A stretch of 64,000 nucleotides of DNA, taken from positions 192,001 to 256,000 of the forward strand of contig JBHLOY010000002.1 in the NCBI GenBank assembly GCA_048939995.1, given 5' to 3'. The position numbers were made by a program, and so were the translations under genes. This DNA is from Promethearchaeota archaeon. Lineage in GTDB: Archaea > Asgardarchaeota > Lokiarchaeia > Sigyniarchaeales > SOKP01. Each line of letters starts with the position of its first letter. Position 1 is the first letter of the stretch. The notes under the pieces were generated by a model that did no database searches, was not told the origin of the DNA, and saw only the letters and a program-made list of their open reading frames with translations. Of this stretch, positions 10,214-20,081 are shown in pieces.

Positions 10214-11452
10214 ATGGTGAAATTATTGAGAAAGAATGTCAAAGTATTAATTATCGCTTTAGTAGCCATACTTGGTGGTGGAGCAATAGCTTTTATTGTC
10301 ACTGGTTTTGCAACTTCTGGTACAATTAGTAATTCATTTACGTTTCATTATCAGAACCCTCCATTAGCAATAGAGGATCTAAACTTAAATGTGGATCTTG
10401 GAAGTCTAGATATAAAATATAATACTACAAATACTCCTTATATTGTTGAAATTGATGTAGATTTAACAATTTCAGGACTCTATATGACTGGTAGGCAATA
10501 TACCGATTTCTTCATACCTGCTTCTGAATGGTGGCAAAATACAACCTCTCCTTTAAATTTTGATATGGAGATAATTCAAGAAATCTGGTTTAACCCCGCA
10601 TTTTGGTTTAAATTATACGATATTAATGTAACTGTGACCCTTAGAACTGACGTTGTTTATGATATTAGTGGTTTAACTGGAACTGGATCGATTGAAATGA
10701 CAGTTCCTGATGATATTTCATTAAAAAATATTACTCTTTCCTCTGGTACGGGTTCAGTGTTGTTAAGCACTTCCAATAATGTGGAAATTGACGGAGATGT
10801 TGATTTAAAGAGTGGTACGGGAACTATTGGATTAGTAAGTAGTAGTGCCAATATCACAGGTACATTAATAGCAGAATCAGGTACGGGCAGTACATCAATA
10901 GATTTAGCAAATTCTAATTTGGGGGGTGATATTTCCTTAGGAGCAGGTACAGGCAATGTGGTCTTTTTGGTGAGGAAAACGATTTGTTTAGGAGGTTTAA
11001 CAGGAAATACGGGCACTGGAAGTGTCACTGTAAATTTTACAAACTCTGTTCTTGGAAAGAATATTGTTCTTGGTACTGGAACCGGAAAGATTGATATTAA
11101 GACATATAATATGAGTTACCTTGATAATAGTGCATGGACAATGTCCACAGGTACTGGTGAAATACATCTTCAGATTACACAACATGCAAGTATGAATGCA
11201 AATGTAACAGGTACACTAACGACTGGAACTGGAAAAATAGCCATCATCTATAGAGATAATAGTCCACTTATTGGCGCAAGCTTTTTTGGAGATACCGGTA
11301 CAGGCAATTTTATTCGTACTAATACTTTTGGTTTTGAACCAGAGACGTATAACCCTTGGAATTCTGAGGATTATGATTCTGCCACTTCGAAGTACGACTT
11401 TTCTGCTTCAACAGGTACTGGTAATATTGAAATCGAAGGGTTGAGTCTATAA
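10214..11452 (+). CDS. membrane-anchored DUF4097/adhesin-like beta-repeat protein
   Basis: N-terminal TM; about 12 (S/T)GTG repeats at roughly 19-21 aa spacing; N-domain homologous to the proteins at 26945, 31685 and 42418. Confidence 0.8.
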   Translation: MVKLLRKNVKVLIIALVAILGGGAIAFIVTGFATSGTISNSFTFHYQNPPLAIEDLNLNVDLGSLDIKYNTTNTPYIVEIDVDLTISGLYMTGRQYTDFFIPASEWWQNTTSPLNFDMEIIQEIWFNPAFWFKLYDINVTVTLRTDVVYDISGLTGTGSIEMTVPDDISLKNITLSSGTGSVLLSTSNNVEIDGDVDLKSGTGTIGLVSSSANITGTLIAESGTGSTSIDLANSNLGGDISLGAGTGNVVFLVRKTICLGGLTGNTGTGSVTVNFTNSVLGKNIVLGTGTGKIDIKTYNMSYLDNSAWTMSTGTGEIHLQITQHASMNANVTGTLTTGTGKIAIIYRDNSPLIGASFFGDTGTGNFIRTNTFGFEPETYNPWNSEDYDSATSKYDFSASTGTGNIEIEGLSL

Positions 11453-11489
11453 AATCTTCTTTATTTTTTTTTTTATAAAAAAAAAATTT

Positions 11490-12206
11490 TTACCAGCAAT
11501 ACATATCATATGTTGGTTTATCGCTTAGTTCTCCATCTTTAATCCAAATATTTTTCCCTAGAGGATGTTCACCAACTACTTGGGCAATACGAGGGTCATG
11601 AGTAACGATTATAATTGTTTTACTTTCCTCTTCTGCTAATTTAATTAATAGTTGCATGATGGACTTACCCGTTTCTGAATCTAAATTACCAGTTGGTTCA
11701 TCAGCTAAAATCACTTTTGGGTCATTAATTAAGGCACGAGCTATTGCTACTCTTTGAGATTCACCCCCTGATAATTTTCCGACTTTACTATGCGTTCTAT
11801 CTCCTAAACCCACCAGATTTAGTAAGTCTTGAGCACGTTCGCGGTCTTTATCCTTAATCCCATATGGAATTAAAGGGATAAGTACATTATTAATAACATC
11901 TACATTAGGCAATAAGTAAAAGCTTTGAAAAACAAACCCAATAGTCTCTTTACGGTAACGTGATAACTTACGTTCTGGCAACCTCCCTATATCTATTTCA
12001 TCAACTAAAACCTCTCCTGACGTAGGTTTATCCATAGCACCTAAAATATTCAATAAAGTGCTTTTACCACTTCCACTAGGTCCCATAACAGTGAAGATTC
12101 TTCCTCTTTCTATTTCTAAGTCTACCTGATTAAGAGCCTTAATTTCAGTTCTTTCCTCTCCATAAATTTTACTAACATTATTCAATTTAATAAGTGATAT
12201 ACTCAT
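11490..12206 (-). CDS. ABC transporter ATP-binding protein, LolD/MacB type
   Basis: GPSGSGKST, LSGGESQRVAIARAL, ADEPTGNLD, VTHD. Confidence 0.95.
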   Translation of the reverse strand: MSISLIKLNNVSKIYGEERTEIKALNQVDLEIERGRIFTVMGPSGSGKSTLLNILGAMDKPTSGEVLVDEIDIGRLPERKLSRYRKETIGFVFQSFYLLPNVDVINNVLIPLIPYGIKDKDRERAQDLLNLVGLGDRTHSKVGKLSGGESQRVAIARALINDPKVILADEPTGNLDSETGKSIMQLLIKLAEEESKTIIIVTHDPRIAQVVGEHPLGKNIWIKDGELSDKPTYDMYCW

Positions 12207-12214
12207 TCACCCCA

Positions 12215-13459
12215 CTATTCTCCTTTTAAAACCACTACTGGTCTAACTCTTGATGCTTTAATACCAGGATATAATCCTCCTAAAATTCCCAAACCTAAAG
12301 CATAAGCAATAACTTCCAAAACTCCTTCTAAGGTGACTATTGCTGAGGCTCCTCCAAATGGACTTGCACCACTTCCTAGAAGTAGAATTAGAATACTTCC
12401 AATACCCATTCCAATTAATGCCCCTAACAACCCCAAAGTAAGCGACTCATAAATTACATTCAAAAATATGTGTCGATTTTTCCACCCAGTTGATTTTAAT
12501 ATCGCAAATTCCTTCATACGGGCTGTAACTGACATAAGTTGTGTAACTATAATAGCCATCCCCCCCGCAAGCACCGTTATTATACCAATAATACCTGCAA
12601 AAGCATCAAAAACAGCAAATGTCTCTTCTATCGATTCGAAAAATGTAGAAAGCGCAATAGCGTTGATGAAAGTAGGCGAATATCCTCCTCCCTCTGAATA
12701 ATTATTGATCAGATCTGCAAAACTTTCAGTTTCTTCCGTAGTTTCGACATTAAACCTCAAATGGATTGAGCTATACTTTCCTGTCTCTTCTCCAGATAAA
12801 GCTAAGAAAGTCCAGACAGTTTGAATATCCGTATAAATATAATATTCCCTTGGGACAAAATCAGGAGCACCTATATCCTCTTCTTCATAAATGCCGACGA
12901 TAGTTAGGGTGGTGGTATTTATTTGACCTGGATCAAGGCTTATTGTTATTTTTGCTCCAATAGACACAGAAAGTTGAGCCACATCCAATAAACGATTATC
13001 AATTATAGCCTCGTTATTTCCAATAGTAAATACTCTCCCCTGCAATAATTTTGTACTTGGACCACCCCAATTTTGATCTAAGGTTGTATTTAAGCCTTTT
13101 AAAGTTAGAGTATCTGCCAAATTATTTAGTGGTGGGGATCCAGAATAGTTTGAAGTATAATAACGAGGTGCCTGAATTTCAATGTTATATTTTGTTATGA
13201 AGGCTCCTACGTCTGGAGTGCTATATAATTCATCAGGTAAACTTAAGGGCAAATGACTATTGGCACGCCCCTCAACGTCCTTTTCAATAATTTCTACTAC
13301 ACCAATAGTTTTTGACAGATTATCTTGAAATTGGGCACTGACTCCCGCTGTGAATGCTCCAATAACAAATACAAGTAATAAACCAAAACCAACACCGACA
13401 CTAGCCAAAATTGCAGTTCCCTTCTTTCTGAAAGCATTTTTTATACTAAATCTTAGCAT
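12215..13459 (-). CDS. ABC transporter permease, MacB/FtsX type
   Basis: One N-terminal TM, large extracellular domain, R.KEFAILKSTG, three C-terminal TMs ending YPG.KASRVRP. Confidence 0.92.
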   Translation of the reverse strand: MLRFSIKNAFRKKGTAILASVGVGFGLLLVFVIGAFTAGVSAQFQDNLSKTIGVVEIIEKDVEGRANSHLPLSLPDELYSTPDVGAFITKYNIEIQAPRYYTSNYSGSPPLNNLADTLTLKGLNTTLDQNWGGPSTKLLQGRVFTIGNNEAIIDNRLLDVAQLSVSIGAKITISLDPGQINTTTLTIVGIYEEEDIGAPDFVPREYYIYTDIQTVWTFLALSGEETGKYSSIHLRFNVETTEETESFADLINNYSEGGGYSPTFINAIALSTFFESIEETFAVFDAFAGIIGIITVLAGGMAIIVTQLMSVTARMKEFAILKSTGWKNRHIFLNVIYESLTLGLLGALIGMGIGSILILLLGSGASPFGGASAIVTLEGVLEVIAYALGLGILGGLYPGIKASRVRPVVVLKGE

Positions 13460-13690
13460 TACAACTCCACATCAAAAAGTTATATACACTAAATCATCTT
13501 TAGTTGAATAGTAATTTATTTAGGGAAATACGCTTCTTATTATTTCTCCTTTTGATCTATAAATTAAATTCAATCTTGATCCATCTAAAAGCTAGATTCC
13601 ATCTTTACGCTGAAACAAATAACAATCATGTTATTCGACTAAACCTGAGTATTTTTATCTTTTATTCATAAGAATAAAAAAGAAAAAAAT

Positions 13691-14191
13691 TTAGAATTTT
13701 GAACCACAGTAAGAGCAAAACACTGCAGATTCTTTTACTTTAGCTGTACCACAGTTTGGGCAATATTTTACGTTTCCTGCTGAGGGCTGACTTTGTCCAC
13801 CTTTTACTACTTCAGTATGAACCATCTCACCCGTAGATGATGAAAATTTACCGCGTAAAAGACCTCTCGACTTTAGATCTAATACAATTGCTTGCACATC
13901 TTTTATAGTAATTCCTGTTTTTGTACTAATTTGTTCTATGGTTGCAGAAGGATTTTCTTCGTATTCATACAAGACAGCTTTCCTTAACTTATCTTTATTA
14001 ACCCAGATAGTTATTTGTCCTATTATTATTGCAGCAGCAATCCCTAACCAGACGATTCCAAACCAATTGAATAGTTGTCCTTGAAGCGGTCTTATCAAAA
14101 CATCATTTATACCCCAATAAATAAATATTCCTGCAATAATTAGAGCACATATACTAATGCCAGCGGAATATTGGTTTTTTTCATACCTCAT
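13691..14191 (-). CDS. 2-TM protein with wHTH-like middle and C-terminal double zinc ribbon
   Basis: Two TMs, TIEQIS..TG...DVQ helix-turn-helix, CPNCG...CSYCG. Confidence 0.75.
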   Translation of the reverse strand: MRYEKNQYSAGISICALIIAGIFIYWGINDVLIRPLQGQLFNWFGIVWLGIAAAIIIGQITIWVNKDKLRKAVLYEYEENPSATIEQISTKTGITIKDVQAIVLDLKSRGLLRGKFSSSTGEMVHTEVVKGGQSQPSAGNVKYCPNCGTAKVKESAVFCSYCGSKF

Positions 14192-14241
14192 TGTAATTTC
14201 TCTTTAAAATTTTGTTATGTAATAATATTAAAAAAATGCAT

Positions 14242-15615
14242 TCAATCATCTAGCTCAAGCCACCATTCTCCTTGATACTTTCCTTTATAATTTCCTCCTT
14301 TAAAAAAGGGGCTTTTTGCCATTTTATATCTTAGAAATATACCATTATGATCTTTTACTTGTGAGAGCAAGTCCTTTTTAGTTATATTTGTATTAAAATT
14401 CTGTATAACAGTTTCAGCAAAATTAATTTCATCGAATCTACCTGTTCTAACGGGAGGACCCCATTTTGATGGTCCATAACAACCAGCACACGGGACATTA
14501 ACTTTAATACATAAAGATCCACATCCCGCATTAGTAACTGGTCCCAAGCAAACATAGCCTTGTTCTAAAAGACAATCTTCTTCATTCGGTAGGCCTTCGT
14601 AGTCTCGTTTAACTCTTGTAAGTTGAGCTCTATCTCTGATTCTAGAACAAGTATCACAAACTGTCGAGAAATTGTGCCAATCTGTAAGGAAATTCATATT
14701 TTTCGGAAATTGTGGTTTTCTTAAGATTTTGACAATTGCCTTTACAATATCTTCTGAACTTGAAGGCATTTCAGGTAGAACTGGTCCAACTTTTATTATA
14801 CTAGTAAGCATAGGAATATTTACGAATAAAGCAAAAAATTGACTTAAGATTCTTTTACTTTCGGAATTGAGACTTGCAAGATTTTTGCTCACTTCTTTCA
14901 ATTTCTCTATTCTAGTAGCGACTGTTTTAGAAGGTCCATGACAACCTACGCATGGAAACCCGTTATCAGGACATTTTTGAATACATCCCTTACTCGTTAT
15001 TGGTCCAAAGCATAGAGTTCCAGAATCAAGTATGCATTCAGTCTCATTTAAACTACATTCGGTACAGAAGGATAATTCTTCCATGGGAAAAGGTTTTTGG
15101 CCCAATAAATATAGTATATTACCCACCAAACGCTCCGTTCGAGGAGGACATCCCAGTATATACGCATCAACCTTAATGATTTCATCTGCACCTTTAAGAA
15201 ATTCTACATTTTCAGGTACATTGATAGTTGGAATTTTAGGATTTTCATCTGCTATGGATTCAGCTTCTATAAATTTTCGATGAAGTAATTCTTCTCTTGA
15301 CCAATTATTAGCTAAACCAAAGATTCCCCCCATACAAGCACAAGTACCAAAAGTTGTAATTATTTTGCATTTTGCTCTCATTAGTTGTAAATTCTCGACA
15401 TCTTTTACTGTTCGTGCAATACCTTCAATAAATCCAACATCTATTTCGCCATCTTTCCTCGCCTTTAAAGAATCGAGTTTATAGTCCAGTAATGCCGGCC
15501 AATAAACAATTTCTAATTCTGGTAAGATGGGTAATAATCCCAGATGTGCATTTAAAAGACTTTGGTGGCAACCCCAACAACTGGCTAATGCTATAAAAGC
15601 TATTTTAATTGACAT
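14242..15615 (-). CDS. mvhG: MvhG-like [NiFe] hydrogenase small subunit with duplicated C-terminal Fe-S domain
   Basis: ASCWGC, FGTCA..GG, LGCPP, two copies of C..C...C.L..G..C.GP.T..GC...C......PC.GC.GP; start reassigned to ATG 15615 (MSIKIAF). Confidence 0.82.
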   Translation of the reverse strand: MSIKIAFIALASCWGCHQSLLNAHLGLLPILPELEIVYWPALLDYKLDSLKARKDGEIDVGFIEGIARTVKDVENLQLMRAKCKIITTFGTCACMGGIFGLANNWSREELLHRKFIEAESIADENPKIPTINVPENVEFLKGADEIIKVDAYILGCPPRTERLVGNILYLLGQKPFPMEELSFCTECSLNETECILDSGTLCFGPITSKGCIQKCPDNGFPCVGCHGPSKTVATRIEKLKEVSKNLASLNSESKRILSQFFALFVNIPMLTSIIKVGPVLPEMPSSSEDIVKAIVKILRKPQFPKNMNFLTDWHNFSTVCDTCSRIRDRAQLTRVKRDYEGLPNEEDCLLEQGYVCLGPVTNAGCGSLCIKVNVPCAGCYGPSKWGPPVRTGRFDEINFAETVIQNFNTNITKKDLLSQVKDHNGIFLRYKMAKSPFFKGGNYKGKYQGEWWLELDD

Positions 15616-15806
15616 TTTTTCAATTATTTGTAGTGTTAAGATATAAGCTAAAATTACGTATCCATATAAAAATCTATACATCAGTACTTCCAAATTTGTA
15701 AGCTTAAGAGAATAATTATTCAAATTGTATGATTGGATTTTAAAATTAGACTAAAACGTAGATTATTTTCGTAAATTATTAATATATATTTTCTTTTTAA
15801 AATGAG

Positions 15807-16916
15807 ATGATTAATATGAGTGATGAAGATAAAATTTATAGAGAACTACAACAACATCTAGATGAATTACCAATAGGTTTTCCTGCCACAGAATCGGGAA
15901 TAGAAATACGTTTATTAAGACACTTTTTTTCTCCTGAAGAGGCAGCAATAGCAATGAAATTAAGTCGTAGGTTTGAACCTTTATCGGTGATTCATGAACG
16001 ATTGAAAGAAACTGGAATTTCAATTGAACAATTGGAAAAGTATTTAGATAGAATGGTGAGTAAAGGAGGGCTTCATGTAAAAAAGAATGGAGAGAAGTCC
16101 TATGCAAATGCAATGTTATCAATTGGTATGTATGAACATAAGGTAAACCAGTTTTCAGGTGAGTTCCTTGGTGATTTAGGTGGATATTTCATGGAGGAGT
16201 TTGGAAGAGAGTTTAGTCGTACTCAAATTCCCCAATTAAGAACGATTCCTATTGAAGAAAGTGTTTCTCGAGAACTTAATATTGCTCCTTATGATGAATT
16301 GGAGAAAATTATTCTTGGTTCCAAAGGTCCCTTTGCTGTACAGTATTGTGCATGTAGAACAACTAAGGAATTGATGGGTGATCCTTGTAAAACAACCTCC
16401 AGGAAAGAAACTTGTTTAACATTAGGTACAGAAGCACGAATGTACATTGATGAAGGATGGGCTCGAGAAGTAACTAGGGAAGAACTACTCGACATATTAC
16501 AACAAAATCAAGCTGATGGATTGGTCCTCCAACCAGGTAATTATTTAAACCCACAATTTTGGTGTAGTTGCTGTGGGTGTTGCTGTGGAATTTTGGGGAG
16601 GATAAAATTCCTTCCAAAACCCATTGATTTTTTTGCAACTAATTATCATGTTGTTATAGATTCTAGCACATGTACAGGGTGTGAAGCTTGCATTGAGCGT
16701 TGCCCAACTGGTGCATTGTCTATGGTAGAGAGCATTTCCTTGGTTAATTTAGATCAATGCATTGGTTGTGGACTATGTGTGCCAATTTGTTCCGAGGGAT
16801 CAATTCAACTAATAAAAAACGAGGAAGAAGTGATTCCTCCACAAACAAAAGAAGATTTACATGATAAGATTCTTGCGGAAAAAATTGAGCTAGTTCAAAA
16901 GGAGAAGGAGAAATAA
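15807..16916 (+). CDS. wHTH + CxCCxCCC + 2x[4Fe-4S] ferredoxin-domain protein
   Basis: CACR, CSCCGCCC, CTGCEACIERCP, CIGCGLCVPIC. Confidence 0.88.
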   Translation: MINMSDEDKIYRELQQHLDELPIGFPATESGIEIRLLRHFFSPEEAAIAMKLSRRFEPLSVIHERLKETGISIEQLEKYLDRMVSKGGLHVKKNGEKSYANAMLSIGMYEHKVNQFSGEFLGDLGGYFMEEFGREFSRTQIPQLRTIPIEESVSRELNIAPYDELEKIILGSKGPFAVQYCACRTTKELMGDPCKTTSRKETCLTLGTEARMYIDEGWAREVTREELLDILQQNQADGLVLQPGNYLNPQFWCSCCGCCCGILGRIKFLPKPIDFFATNYHVVIDSSTCTGCEACIERCPTGALSMVESISLVNLDQCIGCGLCVPICSEGSIQLIKNEEEVIPPQTKEDLHDKILAEKIELVQKEKEK

Positions 16917-16931
16917 GAAATTCTTATTTTT

Positions 16932-17198
16932 TTATTTTCTATATTTTTTAATTAAAAAATCAGTTAATTTTAGGATCAAAAAGAAGCTAAGAGTCCAAAC
17001 GATGACATCAAACAAGAAGGTAAGCCATGATATTTCAATTGGAGCTCCTGGATATATGACTTGACTCAGCCAATAGATTGGATAACCCCATTGTTGGCTT
17101 CCTAATAAAGATCCAATTGGATTAGGGATGAAACCTAAAACAACATTTAGGATGATCCCACTTAAAACTGAAATGAGAATAGTTATTTTATTTTCCAT
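16932..17198 (-). CDS. small 2-TM membrane protein
   Basis: Two hydrophobic helices flanking WGYP..W. Confidence 0.7.
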   Translation of the reverse strand: MENKITILISVLSGIILNVVLGFIPNPIGSLLGSQQWGYPIYWLSQVIYPGAPIEISWLTFLFDVIVWTLSFFLILKLTDFLIKKYRK

Positions 17199-17315
17199 GA
17201 AATTATCAAAAATCCACTCTTTATAAGTTTTTTAGATAATCTTTTAAAATTAAAAAAAGACTAAAAAAATATTTAAAAGGCAATACCAAATAATTTTTAT
17301 AACGAAATTTATTAA

Positions 17316-18818
17316 TTGAATTCTCAAAGCAGTGGAAAATTTATGATTGATCGTAAAATTGTAATTGAATTAGAACATGTTGTAGGAGAGAAATATGTTT
17401 CTGATCAACCAGAGATCCAATTCCTCTATCATTATGACTTTATAACAGCAGAACCTGAAGGCAAGTGTGATATTGCAATAATGCCTAATAATGCTGAGGA
17501 AGTTCAAGAAATAGTTAGAATTGCTAATAATTACAAGATTCCCGTCGTGCCATGGGTTTCTGGAATAAATTTTGGCTCTATAGCTACTCCTAGAAAAGGT
17601 GGAATAGTTGTAGATATGCGAAGAATGAATCGAGTGCTTGAAGTCAATGAAGATGATATGTATCTTGTTGTGGAGGGGGGAATAACTTGGGCAGATTTAA
17701 AAGGTTATTTAGATAAACACCTACCGAACTTTCGGGCAGGCATTACATTTTCTCCACCAGCTACAGGAGTCATTCCATCTTGTTTGTGTTATGGGATGTT
17801 TGATTTAGGAATGATTGGGGGAACCGGTGCAGAATTTATTAATGGCTTAGAAGTAGTTTTAGGGACGGGAGAGTTAATTAGAGTTGGTTCATGTAGCCTT
17901 ACTAATTATTGGTATGGTAGACAACCATTACCAGATCTTGCGGGTCTATTTATTGGCTGGGAAGGCACAACTGGTATTGTTACAAAAGCCTCAATAAAAA
18001 TATGGCCTAAATTACCTTACCGGACAGACTATGCAGTTATTGCACAAACTGTAGACATTGGTGCTCAGATGATGCTTAAACTTTCAAAAGCAGGTTTAGG
18101 AATTGTAGATCTATGTGCCTTGAATTTAGGTTGGAGCCAAGCTATGATGGGGTTTGATGAAAAACAAGTTGCGATTGATCCTGTTAAATTAGGGTTACCA
18201 GACTTCCTTGGATTAATTACAACGCAAGCATATACTAAAAATCAGCATGAGGCTCAATGCGAAGCAATTAATGGCATTTGTAAAGAATTTGGGGTAGATC
18301 CTCTGAAAATTGAGGAACAGATCAATAATTTTCCCGTAAATATGTTAGGTACTTTCATAGATTTGACACCCTCAACTGGAGGTGGCACCCCCATCCAATT
18401 ATGGGGATGTTGGAATTTTGCACGAGGTGGTGGTGGGGAATGGATTGGATCTTATTGTTCCACAAGGGATATTGTAAAATATTATCATTTATCAAGAGAA
18501 AAGTGCCTTAAATATGAGAAACCTCCACAATTCTATATGCGAATTTTATTTGGAGGTCATTATTGTGTTGCTCGTACTAATGTGTGTTTTAGTAAGGATG
18601 ATCCTGAAGATATAAAAAAAGCTCGAAATCTTTTGATGGAGATCCATGAAGCAGTAGAACAATTAGATGGTGTTGTGATGTATAAGCCACCTTTATGGGT
18701 AGTAGACATTTATAAAAAGAAAACACTTCCAGCTACCGCCAAACTGATAAAACGAATAAAAAAAATGTTAGATCCCAATGGGATAATGAATCCAGGACAA
18801 GGAATAGAGGGTGAATAA
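17316..18818 (+). CDS. FAD-binding oxidoreductase, GlcD/D-lactate dehydrogenase (VAO) family
   Basis: P..AEEVQEIV, GLEVVLGTG, GWEGTTGIVTKA, LDPNGIMNPG; start may be ATG 17343. Confidence 0.9.
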   Translation: MNSQSSGKFMIDRKIVIELEHVVGEKYVSDQPEIQFLYHYDFITAEPEGKCDIAIMPNNAEEVQEIVRIANNYKIPVVPWVSGINFGSIATPRKGGIVVDMRRMNRVLEVNEDDMYLVVEGGITWADLKGYLDKHLPNFRAGITFSPPATGVIPSCLCYGMFDLGMIGGTGAEFINGLEVVLGTGELIRVGSCSLTNYWYGRQPLPDLAGLFIGWEGTTGIVTKASIKIWPKLPYRTDYAVIAQTVDIGAQMMLKLSKAGLGIVDLCALNLGWSQAMMGFDEKQVAIDPVKLGLPDFLGLITTQAYTKNQHEAQCEAINGICKEFGVDPLKIEEQINNFPVNMLGTFIDLTPSTGGGTPIQLWGCWNFARGGGGEWIGSYCSTRDIVKYYHLSREKCLKYEKPPQFYMRILFGGHYCVARTNVCFSKDDPEDIKKARNLLMEIHEAVEQLDGVVMYKPPLWVVDIYKKKTLPATAKLIKRIKKMLDPNGIMNPGQGIEGE

Positions 18819-20064
18819 GATGTATGAAAGAAAAAATCTTGAATTTCTTAAAGGGAAAGGAATCACTAAGATAACTACTGTTCCTAATCTAAAAAAACTT
18901 AAAAATTATCAGAATTTAGATTATTATCGAGATATTCTTTATCAATGTGGGAAATGCGGAACTTGTAGAACAACTTACCAACAAGAATACTGGGCTCGTG
19001 TATGTCCCTCTGGAGAATTTGGAAAATTCGAAGCATATTATCTTGGTGGAAAAAATTTGCTTGCTTGGGGACTTAATACTGGTAGATTAACATGGACAGA
19101 GAATCTTGCAAGAATTTTCTATCAATGTTCAGTTTGTCAAGCATGTATACAGCAGTGTCAGATACCAGAAATCCATCATTATGCTGGAGAATGGTTAATG
19201 GCGATGAGAGAAGAGGCAGTGAATCAGGGAGTAGGTCCCATGCCTGAACATAAGTCTTATACTGATCATATTTTAAAGGAATATAATCCTTATATGGAAA
19301 ATCATCAAGATAGAATGCAATGGGTTCCTTCACATATAAAGCAATCAACTGAGTCAAGCACGGCATATTTTGTAGGTTGTACTTCAAGCTATCGCGAACA
19401 ATCAATAGCGATATCTACAGCAGAAATATTGAATATTGTGAATATTCCCTTCAAAATCTTAAAAGAAGAACATTGCTGTGGCTCTCCAGTATACATGATA
19501 GGTCAAACTGATATTGCAATGCAGAACGCGGAAAGAAATGTAAAAATATTTAAGGAGGAAGGAATTCAGAGAATAGTGACTTCGTGCGCTGGCTGTTATA
19601 GAATGTTAAAGGAGATATATCCTAAAAAATTTGGATTGGAACATAATTTTGAAATAACTCATTTACCAGAATTATTAATAGAAAGCATTAACAATGGAAA
19701 TTTAAAGTTTGAAAAAATGTTGCCAATGAAAGTAACTTATCATGATCCATGCCATTTAGGTCGTCATATGGGCATTTATGAAACACCGCGGCAGTTATTA
19801 GAAAAGATTCCAGGAACGAAACTTAAAGAAATGGTGAGAAATAGACATAATGCTTGGTGTTGTGGTTCTGGGGGTGGAGTTAGGTCCGCTTTTAAAGATT
19901 TATCTGAATTTGCAGCGCACGAACGAATTGAAGAAGCAATTGAAACAGAAGCAGAAGCTATAGTCTCATCTTGTCCGTTCTGTGTTAATCAATTTAAATT
20001 TAATAGTGATGGGAATAAAATTGCTGTTTATGATATTGCTGAGATAGTTAGAAAAGCTTTATAA
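18811..20064 (+). CDS. GlcF/HdrD-like Fe-S oxidoreductase subunit (two CCG domains)
   Basis: CGKCGTC, CSVCQAC, HCCG, YHDPCHLGR, WCCGSGGG, SCPFC; overlaps the preceding gene. Confidence 0.9.
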   Translation: MNKMYERKNLEFLKGKGITKITTVPNLKKLKNYQNLDYYRDILYQCGKCGTCRTTYQQEYWARVCPSGEFGKFEAYYLGGKNLLAWGLNTGRLTWTENLARIFYQCSVCQACIQQCQIPEIHHYAGEWLMAMREEAVNQGVGPMPEHKSYTDHILKEYNPYMENHQDRMQWVPSHIKQSTESSTAYFVGCTSSYREQSIAISTAEILNIVNIPFKILKEEHCCGSPVYMIGQTDIAMQNAERNVKIFKEEGIQRIVTSCAGCYRMLKEIYPKKFGLEHNFEITHLPELLIESINNGNLKFEKMLPMKVTYHDPCHLGRHMGIYETPRQLLEKIPGTKLKEMVRNRHNAWCCGSGGGVRSAFKDLSEFAAHERIEEAIETEAEAIVSSCPFCVNQFKFNSDGNKIAVYDIAEIVRKAL

Positions 20065-20081
20065 TCTTTTTTTTATTTATT

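Noticed and set aside
15616-15723. N-terminal 36-aa extension of the MvhG ORF
   Set aside because: Homology begins at MSIKIAF (ATG 15615); the extension probably covers promoter DNA
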